This document shows, in pieces, positions 1 through 10,100 of a stretch of DNA of 64,000 bases. The translations under genes were made by a program, and so were the position numbers. The stretch comes from Podarcis muralis. Lineage: Eukaryota. The stretch covers positions 1,674,001-1,738,000 of the forward strand of contig NC_135666.1 in the NCBI RefSeq assembly GCF_964188315.1, in the 5' to 3' direction. The first letter of the stretch is position 1. Each line of letters opens with the position of its first letter. Under the pieces are notes generated by a model that saw only the letters and a list, made by a program, of their open reading frames with translations, was not told the origin of the DNA and did not search any database.

Positions 1-287
1 TTCCCTGCAACCCTTGCAAAGCGGAGCGCCCCGATCTCAGCCCCCCCATCTCGAAATGATGAATGGGGAGCAGCCCCGCCCTTTGCACCCGCCCAGAGAG
101 GTTTTATGGAGTGTGCGCAGTGCGCTGCTTTCCTCCTGGAGTCTTGCTCTGCAGAGAGACGAGAAAAGAGGAGTGAGCTCGGTGCGCTCGGCTTGCCAAG
201 GGTTAAAAGCAACGGGGCTGGATTCCTAGAGAGGAGAGGAGGTGAAAGAGGGGAGAAGTCCTCCAGTGCAAAAGCCCCTCCCTCCCC
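1..287 (+). repeat. Near-identical direct copy of 13016-13302 (ZNF promoter/non-coding first-exon module), cut by the window edge
   Basis: Matches 13016-13302 almost base for base (offset 13015); ORF 14..229 equals the C-terminal part of ORF 12948..13244. Confidence 0.85.
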
Positions 288-385
288 ACCCGCCCAGAGA
301 GGTTTCTATTGCGGGGGGGGGGGGCAGAAGTTGGCAGAGGACAAGGGGTCCCTTCCCATCCCTTGGAGGCTTCCTGAGAGCCCAG

Positions 386-481
386 ATGGATGAGCAAGAC
401 TCGGCTGGCCCTGGAGGGAAGAGGCCACGCCACCAACACGGGGAGCAGGGGCGGATTTTGGGGAAGCACCATCCTGACTAG
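386..481 (+). pseudogene. Frameshifted 5' fragment of a SCAN exon
   Basis: ggcttcctgagagcccagATGGATGAGCAAGACTCGGCTGGCCCT start shared with the intact SCAN exons; frame is lost after MDEQDSAGP and stops at 481. Confidence 0.75.
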
Positions 482-2538
482 GCGTTTGGCCAGGAAATGT
501 GGACTGTTGCCTGTGAACTCTGCTCTCTCCTGTCTCCCCCTTTTCTGGTTTTGATTAAACTAATTCATGAACCAAGAACTCGTACACTAATAATGATCCC
601 GGGGTTGTAGACATTCCCATGAACTTACTGTGCGGTTTTTGTGATGCACAGATGACAAGAGAACACTCGGTCTATTTATTTGTATCCTTTCTTCCTCCTG
701 TGAGCCTTGTTTATAAAACCCAATAAACCAGAATTCCAAAAAGGAAGGAAAAAGACAACACACACGCCCAGATCCCCACCTGCTCTGCATCTGCAAAGCA
801 GGATCAACCCACTTTAGATTCCTAAGAATCCTGGGATCTGTACTTTCTTATGGATGCTGAGAGCTACTAGGAGCCACTCCCCAAGTGAGCTTTAACAATC
901 TGTCCTTTTTGCCAGGGACCTTGGGGAATTACAGCTGGTGGGAAGAGGGTCTCTCAGCACTGGGGGGGGGGGGCTGCCTCTTTCACCCCCATCCCTCCCA
1001 AGGTTCCCTCCCTTCCCAGCAGGGCTTGGATTCCTTGGGTGGGGAGACCTCTGGTGGTTCAGGGCTTCCTGGTCGGTCTCAGAAGATCATTTGGACACCT
1101 CAGAGGCTGCATGTCTGAATGGGTGTACATGTCTCAAAGTCTGGAGAAGACCCTGTCGGATGAAGGAGTGGTGGAAGGAGTGAGGAAAACTTTCCTTCTA
1201 ACTGAAGAACAACGGAGGGTTGGAACTCAGCATCACAACAGAAGACGATGGCTGTAGCCTGAGTTATTGGCGCCACCCTGACAGAGCCAAGTGGGGCAGC
1301 CTGCCCACCGGCACAGCCATCGCCCCACAAGTGAGCCACGACAGAACGAGCTCCATTGGCCCCACGTCCTCAAGGCCCCGTTCCTCCTCCCTGGGGGTCC
1401 CTGAGGACTGGCTGCATGTAGAGAGACATAAAAATACGCAAAAAGTGAAAACGGAAACCTGACTCACGCAATAAATAAACAAGGAAAATGGAGGACCGAG
1501 AAAAGAAAAGGCTTCTTCTGCAGTGCAGAGTTAGACCTGGTTAGGGCGAGGAAACAAGCTGGGAGATGGCTGGAGGGGAGGAAAATTATGGTCGAACGCA
1601 AGCAAGGCTGGTGAGGGTTCCTCATGGAGCCTTCCTGGTGGCCGGGAGGGAAGCAAGGAAGCAGACTTTGCCGTCTCAATAATGCTCCACTTTAACTGCC
1701 ATTAACCTTTTAGAATGTATTAGGCACGGTTTCTGAGTGTTCTGCATTTGTGAATCTCCCCTCTCTTACGCTGCATTGCATCTCTCCTTACCTGACCCTG
1801 AAAGTGGAACAAATGGCAGGATGTTTTAGCAGCAGAGTGTAAATCAGCTCTCCGTGAAGCTATCTGAGACCCAGGAAGAGGATTTGGGCATGCTCTTTCT
1901 CACCGAAGGCGAGGTTGCCAGGGCAATGCTGGACACCTGAGACCTGAAATGGTCTAATGGCCTGGGCACATGGGGCCACTCCAAGGTGATGGGGGCTCTT
2001 TCCTGGGGTAGGAGGGAGAGCAGCTCTTGAGGACCCCAGGGTTAGAAACCCCCCCTCCCCAGCCTGGTGTGAAAATTGTACTCAGTCAACCACAGTTCTA
2101 AATACCTTCCTTGACCAAAAGCACCAAAAGGCAGGAGCAAACAGGCAGATTCATCTCACAGAAATCCCTCAGTTGCCATCACATTTGGCGGGGTCACTTC
2201 CCTTCCCTGCTGCTGCACCGTGAGTGTGGGGGAAGGCCTCTCCCTTCTCAGGCTAATTCCACCTGGCCTAGGGGGCGGGGCCCAGGCTCACCTCTGTGAC
2301 AGCTTTAAGGACACTGGTGCTGCTGCAGCAAATGTTAAAGATGTTTTTATATATTTTAAGGTGTTTTAAAGGTGTTTTTACTGTTTACTCTGTTGTACCA
2401 CCGTGAATGGTGGTTTTTATCAATGTATTTTTGTTTTGTTCCGTTTTGTTTTGGTTTGGGGTTGGATATTGAGTGGGGTGGGGATTGGTTTTGTTTGGGT
2501 ATAATTGTTTTTGGTTGTTTTGTTTTTCTATTTTGTAA

Positions 2539-5523
2539 ATGGAGGCAAGTATGAGGCTTGGGATTGCTACCGTGGAGGGGCGAGGGAGGTATGGCGGTGG
2601 GGGCAGATGTTATAGGCGAAGGGGATCGAGATATGGATATGCTCGTACCCCTTCCAATCTGCGCTCCATCCCGAGGGACGAGGGTAGGGTGAGCAAGGAT
2701 TACTCACCTCCGTCACTGGTGTTGTGCAATGCCAGGTCTATAGGCAACAAAACCGCCACCCTGCGAGATTTCTTTACCTCGCAGGGGGTCGATCTGGCTT
2801 GTGTGACGGAGACCTGGGTGCGCGAAGGGGAAACTGTTACCTTACGAGAGATGGCGCCCCCGGGTTTCTCCGTCCTCCACCAGTCGCGGACTGTGGGCCG
2901 GGGGGGAGGGGTGGCATTGTTAATCCGGGAAGATTGTTCTTTCAGGGCTCTACCATCGCCATTGATCCCCGGCATTGAATGTGTTGGCCTAGTGTGGGGC
3001 TCTGAGGTGAGCTTGGCTGTCTGGCTGGTGTACCGGCCACCTAGCGCACCAGCAGCCACCCTGTCAGGCCTGCTGGAGGTGGTGGCTGGCTGGGCCTTGG
3101 AGTTCCCTAACCTATTGGTATTGGGGGACTTCAACATCCATGCTGATGCCACTCCCTCCTCACAGGCTCTGGACCTGGTGTCTTCCATGGCGACACTAGG
3201 GCTCTCCCAGTTTGTTTCGGGCCCCACACATCAAGCAGGCCACACGCTGGATTTGATCTTTGGCGCCGGTATAGATGTGATCATGTCTCCTTTGATGAAG
3301 GTGCCATGGTCTGATCACTACGCTCTGAAAGCCAGGATTGACTTTCCACCCCCACCCTGCTTAGGTGGCGAGCCGATTTGGGCTCACCCGCAGAGGCTGA
3401 TGGACCCTGATAGATTCCGTCAAGCCTTGCGGGACCTTGCTCCCCCTGGCGACTCATTGACTGAGCTTGTTGAGGGCTGGAATACGCAGCTCCCGGCAGC
3501 CATAGATGAGATCGCACCTAAGCGCCCTCTGCGACCCCGCAGAAACCGGGCTCCCTGGTTTACCGAGGAGCTTCGGAAAATGAAGCGGGATCTCAGACGG
3601 CTAGAGCGAGTATGGCGGGGTGCCCGTGACGGAACCTCAAGAACATCTTATAGGGTTTTTATGAAAACCTATGAGATGGCAGTGAAGGCCGCTAAGAAGT
3701 CTTACTTCTCGGCCTCCATTGCATCCGCTAGCTCTCGCCCGGCGCAATTATTTAGTATAATTAGGTCTTTAACGTCCCTTGAAGGACAGCCGAATTTAAA
3801 TAACAATCTGACACACAGCTGTGAGGCATTTGCGAGCTTTTTTGCGGAGAAGGTCCTGTTGCTCCGCCATGACCTTCCTGCCAATTTGGATACAATAAAT
3901 GAACTGGAGGCCCCTCGACTGTCCTCGGGTCCAGTATTGGACCACTTTGACCGGATATCTCCAGCCGATGTGGACAGACTCCTCCAAGCTGGAAAGCCCA
4001 CCACCTGTACTCTTGACCCGTGCCTGTCATGGCTGATTAGAGCATGTCCAGACGAGGTGCGGGCCCCCCTGGGAGATATCATCAATTTGTCCCTTGGCAC
4101 CGGGATATTCCCAGGGGAACTGAAGGAGGCAGTGGTGCGTCCGCTCTTAAAGAAAACATCATTAGATCCCTTAGATCTATCCAATTACCGCCCGGTTTTG
4201 AATCTTCCATTCCTGGGTAAGGTGATTGAGAGAGCGGTTGCTGAACAGCTTGGCAGGTTTCTGGATGAAACATCGGCTCTTGATCCATTCCAGTCCGGCT
4301 TCCGCGCTGGTCATGGGACCAAGACGGCTCTGGTCGCCCTAACAGATGATCTCCGCAGGCAGCTGGATCGAGGCGGGTCGGGGCTGCTGATTCTTCTAGA
4401 CCTGTCAGCAGCCTTCGACATGGTCGATCACGAACTCCTAGACTACCGCCTTGCCGACGTGGCGATCCAGGGCACAGTCCTCCAATGGCTGCGCTTGTTT
4501 CTCTCTGGTCAGGGACAGAGGGTGGCGCTTGGGGGGGAATTGTCATCGCGCCACTCCTTGGTGTGTGGAGTGCCTCAGGGTGCGATTCTCTCCCCGATGC
4601 TTTTTAACATCTTTATGTGCCCCCTCGCCCAGCTTGTCCGGAGTTTTGGGCTGGGTTGCCATCAGTATGCTGATGACACCCAACTCTATCTGTTGATGGA
4701 TGGCCATCCTGACTCGGCCCCAGACACACTGACCAGATGTCTGGAAGCTGTGGCTGGATGGTTACGTGGGAGCCGGCTGAAGTTAAATCCTTCGAAGACA
4801 GAGGTCCTCTGGCTGGGGCGGGACGATATGGGATCGAGGGGGCAACTCCCATCTCTTGCGGGGGTGCAATTAGTGCCAGCACCGTCCGTTAAGAGTTTGG
4901 GTGTAATCTTCGATACCTCCCTCTCTATGGAGGCGCAGATTACAGCTATAACAAAGGCGGCATTTTTTCATCTCCGCCAAGCTAAGCAGTTGGCCCCTTA
5001 CCTCTCTCGCCCTGACCTAGCCACTGTGATCCATGCGACGGTCACCTCCAGGCTTGATTATTGTAACTCGCTCTATGTGGGGCTGCCCTTGAGACTGACC
5101 CAGAAACTCCAGCGGGTGCAGAATGCCGCGGCGAGACTCCTTACGGGGTCGTCGCTGCGAGACCACATTCATCCGGTACTATACCAGCTGCACTGGCTCC
5201 CGGTGGAGTACAGGATCAGGTTTAAGGTGCTGGTTTTAACCTTTAAAGCCCTATACGGCCTAGGACCCTCGTACCTACGGGACCGCCTCTCCTGGTATGC
5301 CCCACAGAGAAACCTACGGTCTGCAAATAAAAACATCCTGAAGGTCCCAGGCCTCAGAGAGGTTAGGCTGGCCTCAACTAGAGCCAGGGCCTTCTCGGCT
5401 GTGGCAGCAATCTGGTGGAATGCTCTGTCACAAGAGACTAGGGCCCTGCGGGACCTGACATCTTTCCGCAGGGCCTCCAAGACAGAGTTGTTCCACCAGG
5501 CCTTTGGTCAGGGCACAGCCTGA
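2539..5523 (+). CDS. L2 LINE ORF2, APE endonuclease plus reverse transcriptase (994 aa, uninterrupted)
   Basis: EN motifs LCNARS, CVTETW, VYRPP, GDFNIH, GHTLDL, SDH; RT motifs NYRPV, DPFQSGFR, LDLSAAFD, GVPQGAILSP, QYADDTQLY. Confidence 0.93.
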   Translation: MEASMRLGIATVEGRGRYGGGGRCYRRRGSRYGYARTPSNLRSIPRDEGRVSKDYSPPSLVLCNARSIGNKTATLRDFFTSQGVDLACVTETWVREGETVTLREMAPPGFSVLHQSRTVGRGGGVALLIREDCSFRALPSPLIPGIECVGLVWGSEVSLAVWLVYRPPSAPAATLSGLLEVVAGWALEFPNLLVLGDFNIHADATPSSQALDLVSSMATLGLSQFVSGPTHQAGHTLDLIFGAGIDVIMSPLMKVPWSDHYALKARIDFPPPPCLGGEPIWAHPQRLMDPDRFRQALRDLAPPGDSLTELVEGWNTQLPAAIDEIAPKRPLRPRRNRAPWFTEELRKMKRDLRRLERVWRGARDGTSRTSYRVFMKTYEMAVKAAKKSYFSASIASASSRPAQLFSIIRSLTSLEGQPNLNNNLTHSCEAFASFFAEKVLLLRHDLPANLDTINELEAPRLSSGPVLDHFDRISPADVDRLLQAGKPTTCTLDPCLSWLIRACPDEVRAPLGDIINLSLGTGIFPGELKEAVVRPLLKKTSLDPLDLSNYRPVLNLPFLGKVIERAVAEQLGRFLDETSALDPFQSGFRAGHGTKTALVALTDDLRRQLDRGGSGLLILLDLSAAFDMVDHELLDYRLADVAIQGTVLQWLRLFLSGQGQRVALGGELSSRHSLVCGVPQGAILSPMLFNIFMCPLAQLVRSFGLGCHQYADDTQLYLLMDGHPDSAPDTLTRCLEAVAGWLRGSRLKLNPSKTEVLWLGRDDMGSRGQLPSLAGVQLVPAPSVKSLGVIFDTSLSMEAQITAITKAAFFHLRQAKQLAPYLSRPDLATVIHATVTSRLDYCNSLYVGLPLRLTQKLQRVQNAAARLLTGSSLRDHIHPVLYQLHWLPVEYRIRFKVLVLTFKALYGLGPSYLRDRLSWYAPQRNLRSANKNILKVPGLREVRLASTRARAFSAVAAIWWNALSQETRALRDLTSFRRASKTELFHQAFGQGTA

Positions 5524-5642
5524 CTCCCTCCTCTGGCAACCTGCACAGAATTTTGCGTAATGGTTGCCATCAACTTGATTTTAATTAATTTCTATAATGA
5601 AATATTTTTAGAATGTTGGATTATTTGATTGTTGTTAGCCGC

Positions 5643-6466
5643 TGTCAGGGGCTCAGGAGCAGAGGCACAGGGGAGAGAGGAAATGGAGAGCGAAGGGGAA
5701 GAATCTGAGGGCAGCGTAGGGGAGTATGACAGTGACCCGAGAGATTCCATGAGCTTCTCCAGCGAATCAGAAGATTCCCAGAAGGAGGCGCCGATGGTCA
5801 GGGCAAGGGGGGTCCCAGGGGGGACGCACCAGAAACAAGGGGCCAGCGGGGACTCCCAAAGCAGCAGCGGGAGATCAGGACCAGCTTCCCCACCAGAGCG
5901 TAGTGGGGGGGAAGAGTCCCATGTGTCAGGGCCAGCGTCTCCTCCAGCAGGGAGAGAAGATGAGTCAGGGCTGACCACGCCTCTATCGGAGAGTGGGGGA
6001 ACGGAGGGGAGGTCAGGTCCAGCTAGCCTCCCCGAAGGGGGAAGCAGTGGCAGGAGCAGTGTAACGGTCAGGAGGAAGGTTGCCGGCTGGGCGCGCGCGC
6101 CAAGTTCGAATGTACAGGCGCGCGGGACAGCAGAAAACCCGGATTGGGAACCAGGTCCTAAAGCCCACCGGAGGCAGGGGGAAGACTCAGGGGACTCAGC
6201 GTCAGAAGAGTCTAGGAAGGGCAAGACCCCAGCGGACAGGCGGAACCAGAGCAGGAAAGAGCAAAGGAAGAGGTGGAGCAAGGCTAGAGTCTTAAACTGG
6301 TGTCTGGGGGGAGGAGATTCAGACGGAGCTTCAGCGGTCTAGAGTTTGAGACGTAGAGCTGCGCGCCGCGGCTGTGAAAGCGAAACTGAGCTTCAATAAG
6401 ACTGTTTTATATAACAACGAACTGGCGTTGGTCCTTTGTGAGCTGGGACCTCGGGCAGCTCTGACA
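5643..6466 (+). mobile_element. Solo LTR (824 bp) inserted in the L2 3' UTR
   Basis: TGTCAG...CTGACA inverted termini, 5-bp TSD GCCGC (5638-5642 and 6467-6471); removing it restores the L2 3' end tgttagccgccctgagcc. Confidence 0.85.
5683..6342 (+). CDS. Putative LTR-encoded ORF (219 aa; acidic Ser/Glu/Gly-rich region, basic C-terminus), function unknown
   Basis: ATG in gaaATGg context, in frame with ORF 5629..6342 and entirely inside the LTR; purine-rich composition may partly explain the lack of stops. Confidence 0.35.
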   Translation: MESEGEESEGSVGEYDSDPRDSMSFSSESEDSQKEAPMVRARGVPGGTHQKQGASGDSQSSSGRSGPASPPERSGGEESHVSGPASPPAGREDESGLTTPLSESGGTEGRSGPASLPEGGSSGRSSVTVRRKVAGWARAPSSNVQARGTAENPDWEPGPKAHRRQGEDSGDSASEESRKGKTPADRRNQSRKEQRKRWSKARVLNWCLGGGDSDGASAV

Positions 6467-6513
6467 GCCGCCCTGAGCCTGGCTTCGGCTGGGGAGGGCG
6501 GGATATAAATAAA

Positions 6514-6572
<59 letters not shown>

Positions 6573-6599
6573 TAGGAGGGCTAGACACGGTGGGGGGAA

Positions 6600-6725
6600 T
6601 CACACCCCCCCCACTCCTCCCAGTTTGGATGGCATGGCCTCTTCCTGCTTCTGGGCCAGCTGAGTCTGGCTCCTCCCCCTGGGCTCTCAGGAAGCCTCCA
6701 AGATATCAGAAGGAAGGAATCCCTT
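6600..6725 (-). pseudogene. SCAN-exon 5' remnant with the ATG lost (paralogous copy at ~59745-59860, +)
   Basis: Revcomp reads ggaggcttcctgagagcccagggggaggagccagactcagctggcccagaagcaggaagaggccatgccatcc, matching the SCAN exon start without the ATG. Confidence 0.7.
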
Positions 6726-7120
6726 TTGTCTTCTGCCCAGTTCTGGCTGTCCTGAGTAGAGGGACCTCTACTTATTACAGTGCTTATGACCTATTTTGAC
6801 GGGCATTAATGATCCTGGCCCAACTGAACTGGCTGCCAATTAGCTTCCACACCCAATTCAAAGTGCCAGTTTTGACCTATAAAGCCATTACCATTATTGT
6901 TATTATTTTTAACGATTCATGAAACCACAGTAAAACTAACAAACATTAAAAACTTCCCTATCTTAAAGTCAGATAGTTGTTTATTTTCTTAACACTATCA
7001 AAAAGGCTCCATGTTCCATGTAACCTCACTTCCCACAATCAGGGAACTGGCAGAAGGCCTTCAGAAGTGGAACTCAGGATCCAGGTTGAACATATTAATC
7101 AAAGTCTCTGAAAAGTAAAT

Positions 7121-10100
7121 TCATATACAGCCATTGTCTGGTTTCTCCCCACTGTGCCATCTTTGATGGCCTATGAGACTGGTCTTCTGACCGAAGCGCT
7201 GTCCACATTCCAAGCATTGATATGGTTTCTCTCCTGTATGAATTCTTTCATGGACTATGAGATAGAACTTCCGGGTGAACCTCTTTCCACATTCCAAGCA
7301 CTGATAGGGTTTCTCCCCTGTATGAATTCTTTGATGGGAAGTGAGACTTTCCTTCCGGTTGAAGCTCTTTCCACATTCCAAGCACTGATATGGTTTCTCC
7401 CCTGTATGAATCCTTTGATGGGAAGTGAGACCTTCCTTCCAGGTGAAACTCTGTTCACATTCCATGCACTGATATGGTTTCTCTCCTGTATGAATTCTTT
7501 CATGGACTATGAGATAGAACTTCCGGGTGAACCTCTTTCCACATTCCAAGCACTGATACGGTTTCTCTCCTGTATGAATTCTTTGATGTGAAGTGAGACT
7601 TTCCTTCCGGTTGAAGCTCTTTCCACATTCCAAGCACTGATACGGTTTCTCCCCTGTATGAATTCTTTGATGGGAAGTGAGACTTTCCTTCCGGTTGAAG
7701 CTCTTTCCACATTCCAAGCACTGATATGGTTTCTCCCCTGTATGAATCCTTTGATGGGAAGTGAGACCTTCCTTCCAGGTGAAACTCTGTTCACATTCCA
7801 TGCACTGATATGGTTTCTCTCCTGTATGAATTCTTTCATGGACTATGAGATAGAACTTCCGGGTGAACCTCTTTCCACATTCCAAGCACTGATACGGTTT
7901 CTCTCCTGTATGAATTCTTTGATGTGAAGTGAGACTTTCCTTCCGGTTGAAGCTCTTTCCACATTCCAAGCACTGATACGGTTTCTCCCCTGTATGAATC
8001 CTTTGATGGGAAGTGAGACCTTCCTTCCAGGTGAAACTCTGTCCACATTCCAAGCATTGATATGGTTTCTCTCCTGTATGAATTCTTTCATGGACTGTGA
8101 GATTGAACTTCCGACTGAAGCTCTTCCCACATTCCAAGCACTGATAAGGTTTCTCCCCTGTATGAATTCTCTGATGGGAAGTGAGACTCTCTTTCCGACT
8201 GAAGCTCTTCGCACATTCCAAGCATTGATAGGATTTCTTCCCCAATGGATTTATTCGGAGGGAAGCGGAATGGGAGCTTTGACTGAAGTTCTCTCTACAC
8301 TCAGAATATCTACATTGCTTCTCCATGGTGTAGACATGGTCATGGTCTCCCTGGTTCTTAATCTCTGATTCATCACCAACTGCAACAAAGAAAGAAACGG
8401 ATCAGAACTGTTAGAACCTAAGACTAAAGTACTTTCAAAAATGTATAATTTGCTGCTGAAATGGAACACACAAGACGAAATGGTTAAATCGGCAATGATA
8501 AAGTGGGCACAGGATATTGGGCATAATATTATGTTTGAAGATTGGGAAAGGTTGTGGACCACTGGGCTGAACTTCACTGCATGTAATGCTCTGAAGGAAA
8601 ATGTAATGAAAATGATATATAGATGGTACAGGACCCCAGTTAAATTGGCTAAGATATACCATTCGTCTGATAATAAATGTTGGAAATGTAAGGAAAATGA
8701 AGGAACATTCTTTCACCTCTGGTGGACTTGCCCTAGAGTGAAGGCCTTCTGGGAGATGATATATAACGAGTTAAAAAAGGTGTTTAAGTATACCTTTACC
8801 AAAAAACCAGAGGCCTTCCTCTTGGGCATTGTTGGCCAGAATGTGTTAAAGAAGGATAGAACATTTTTTATGTATGCAACAACGGCAGCAAGGATACTGA
8901 TCGCCAAGAATTGGAAAACTCAAGATCTACCCACTCTGGAAGAATGGCAGATGCAGCTGATGGACTATATGCAACTAGCTGAGATGACCGGCAGAATTCG
9001 AGACCTGGGAGAAGAGAGAGTTGAAGAAGACTGGAAGAAATTTAAGACTTATTTACAAAAATACTGTAATTTGGCTGAATGTTGACAGGGATGCCAGAGC
9101 AGAAATAATTGTCTATCACTAAACTAGATTTAAGTTCAACTATATTTTAATGACTGAATCTAAAGACTATGAACAAAATGATAATTTGCCTGGAAATAAT
9201 TTCATAACGAAGTGTGTGCGGGAGGTGTGAGGGAGTTCAAAGTAATGATGAAAAGATGCTAAATAACCAACGTTGTTTTATTAAATATGCCTTTGTATTG
9301 AAAAACCTTAATAAAAATATATTAAAAAAAAAACAAAGAAAGAAAGAAACGGATCACAGCCTCAGGGAGAAACGCAGCCCTCGGTTATTGAACTTTGCTA
9401 ATTAATGCTTGGGACACAGGAAGAACTGAAGGGAATTAAAAGTAAGGCCTTACAACAGGCTTCACTGCTTTTGTTGACAGGCATTAATGAACGTATGTAT
9501 GGGAACCTGAGTGTCAAGAGTGGGGCAGCAATAAATCACAAGGAGTAAGTGAAGTTAACTCCTTATGAGAAGCAACAGGCTGCTCAGAAGTGTCAGGCCT
9601 AGTGAGGACAGCAATACTTCCCTCTGGGTCTGGCCCCTATGATCCAGTTGTGGGGACTGAAGGCCCTGCCTTCCCACAACTGACTAAGTCTCCTCCTCTC
9701 CCAGATTCTTCCAAAGGGATCTTAAATTCCGAAACAGACATCATGATCCAACAGGGAGCCTTACTGAGAGAGATCATGATCCCACCATTCTCCTCCATGA
9801 CTTCTTTATGCAGAGCTCTCTGGTCAGGATCCAGCAACGCCCACTCCTCGTCTGTGAAACGAACAGCTATATCTTCAAAGCATACTAGGCCCTAAAAGAA
9901 GAAGAGAAAAGTCTTGCTCTCAGACAGCAGAAAGATCATCTTCTACACATTGTGCTGCTGTTTTGTGTCTGTTTGTTGCCCTATGGTTTTAATGGGATTG
10001 TTTGGCTGTACATTTTAATTATGGATGTCCGTTTTAACCTCTTAATGGAATTGTTTTATTGTGTATTTTAATGATGGGTATTCATCTTTGTGAAAATGGA

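Larger units (their letters stand above)
2206..6572 (+). mobile_element. L2-type LINE with intact ORF2, nested solo LTR in the 3' UTR and (TTA)n tail
   Basis: The empty site in the paralogous arm (revcomp of ~59865-59900) reads cacttcccttc|taggagggctagacacgg; only TTC is duplicated at the junctions; tail ...agggcgggatataaataaatt(tta)n at ~6495-6571. Confidence 0.85.

Noticed and set aside
6331-6603. Poly-Ile and poly-Leu ORFs (also 33134-33370, 63285-63560)
   Set aside because: Translations of (TTA)n LINE tails or microsatellites.
7154-8368. Repetitive antisense and alternate-frame ORFs over the finger arrays (also 17729-18489, 38858-39691, 58285-59271)
   Set aside because: Expected shadows of the 84-bp zinc-finger repeat.
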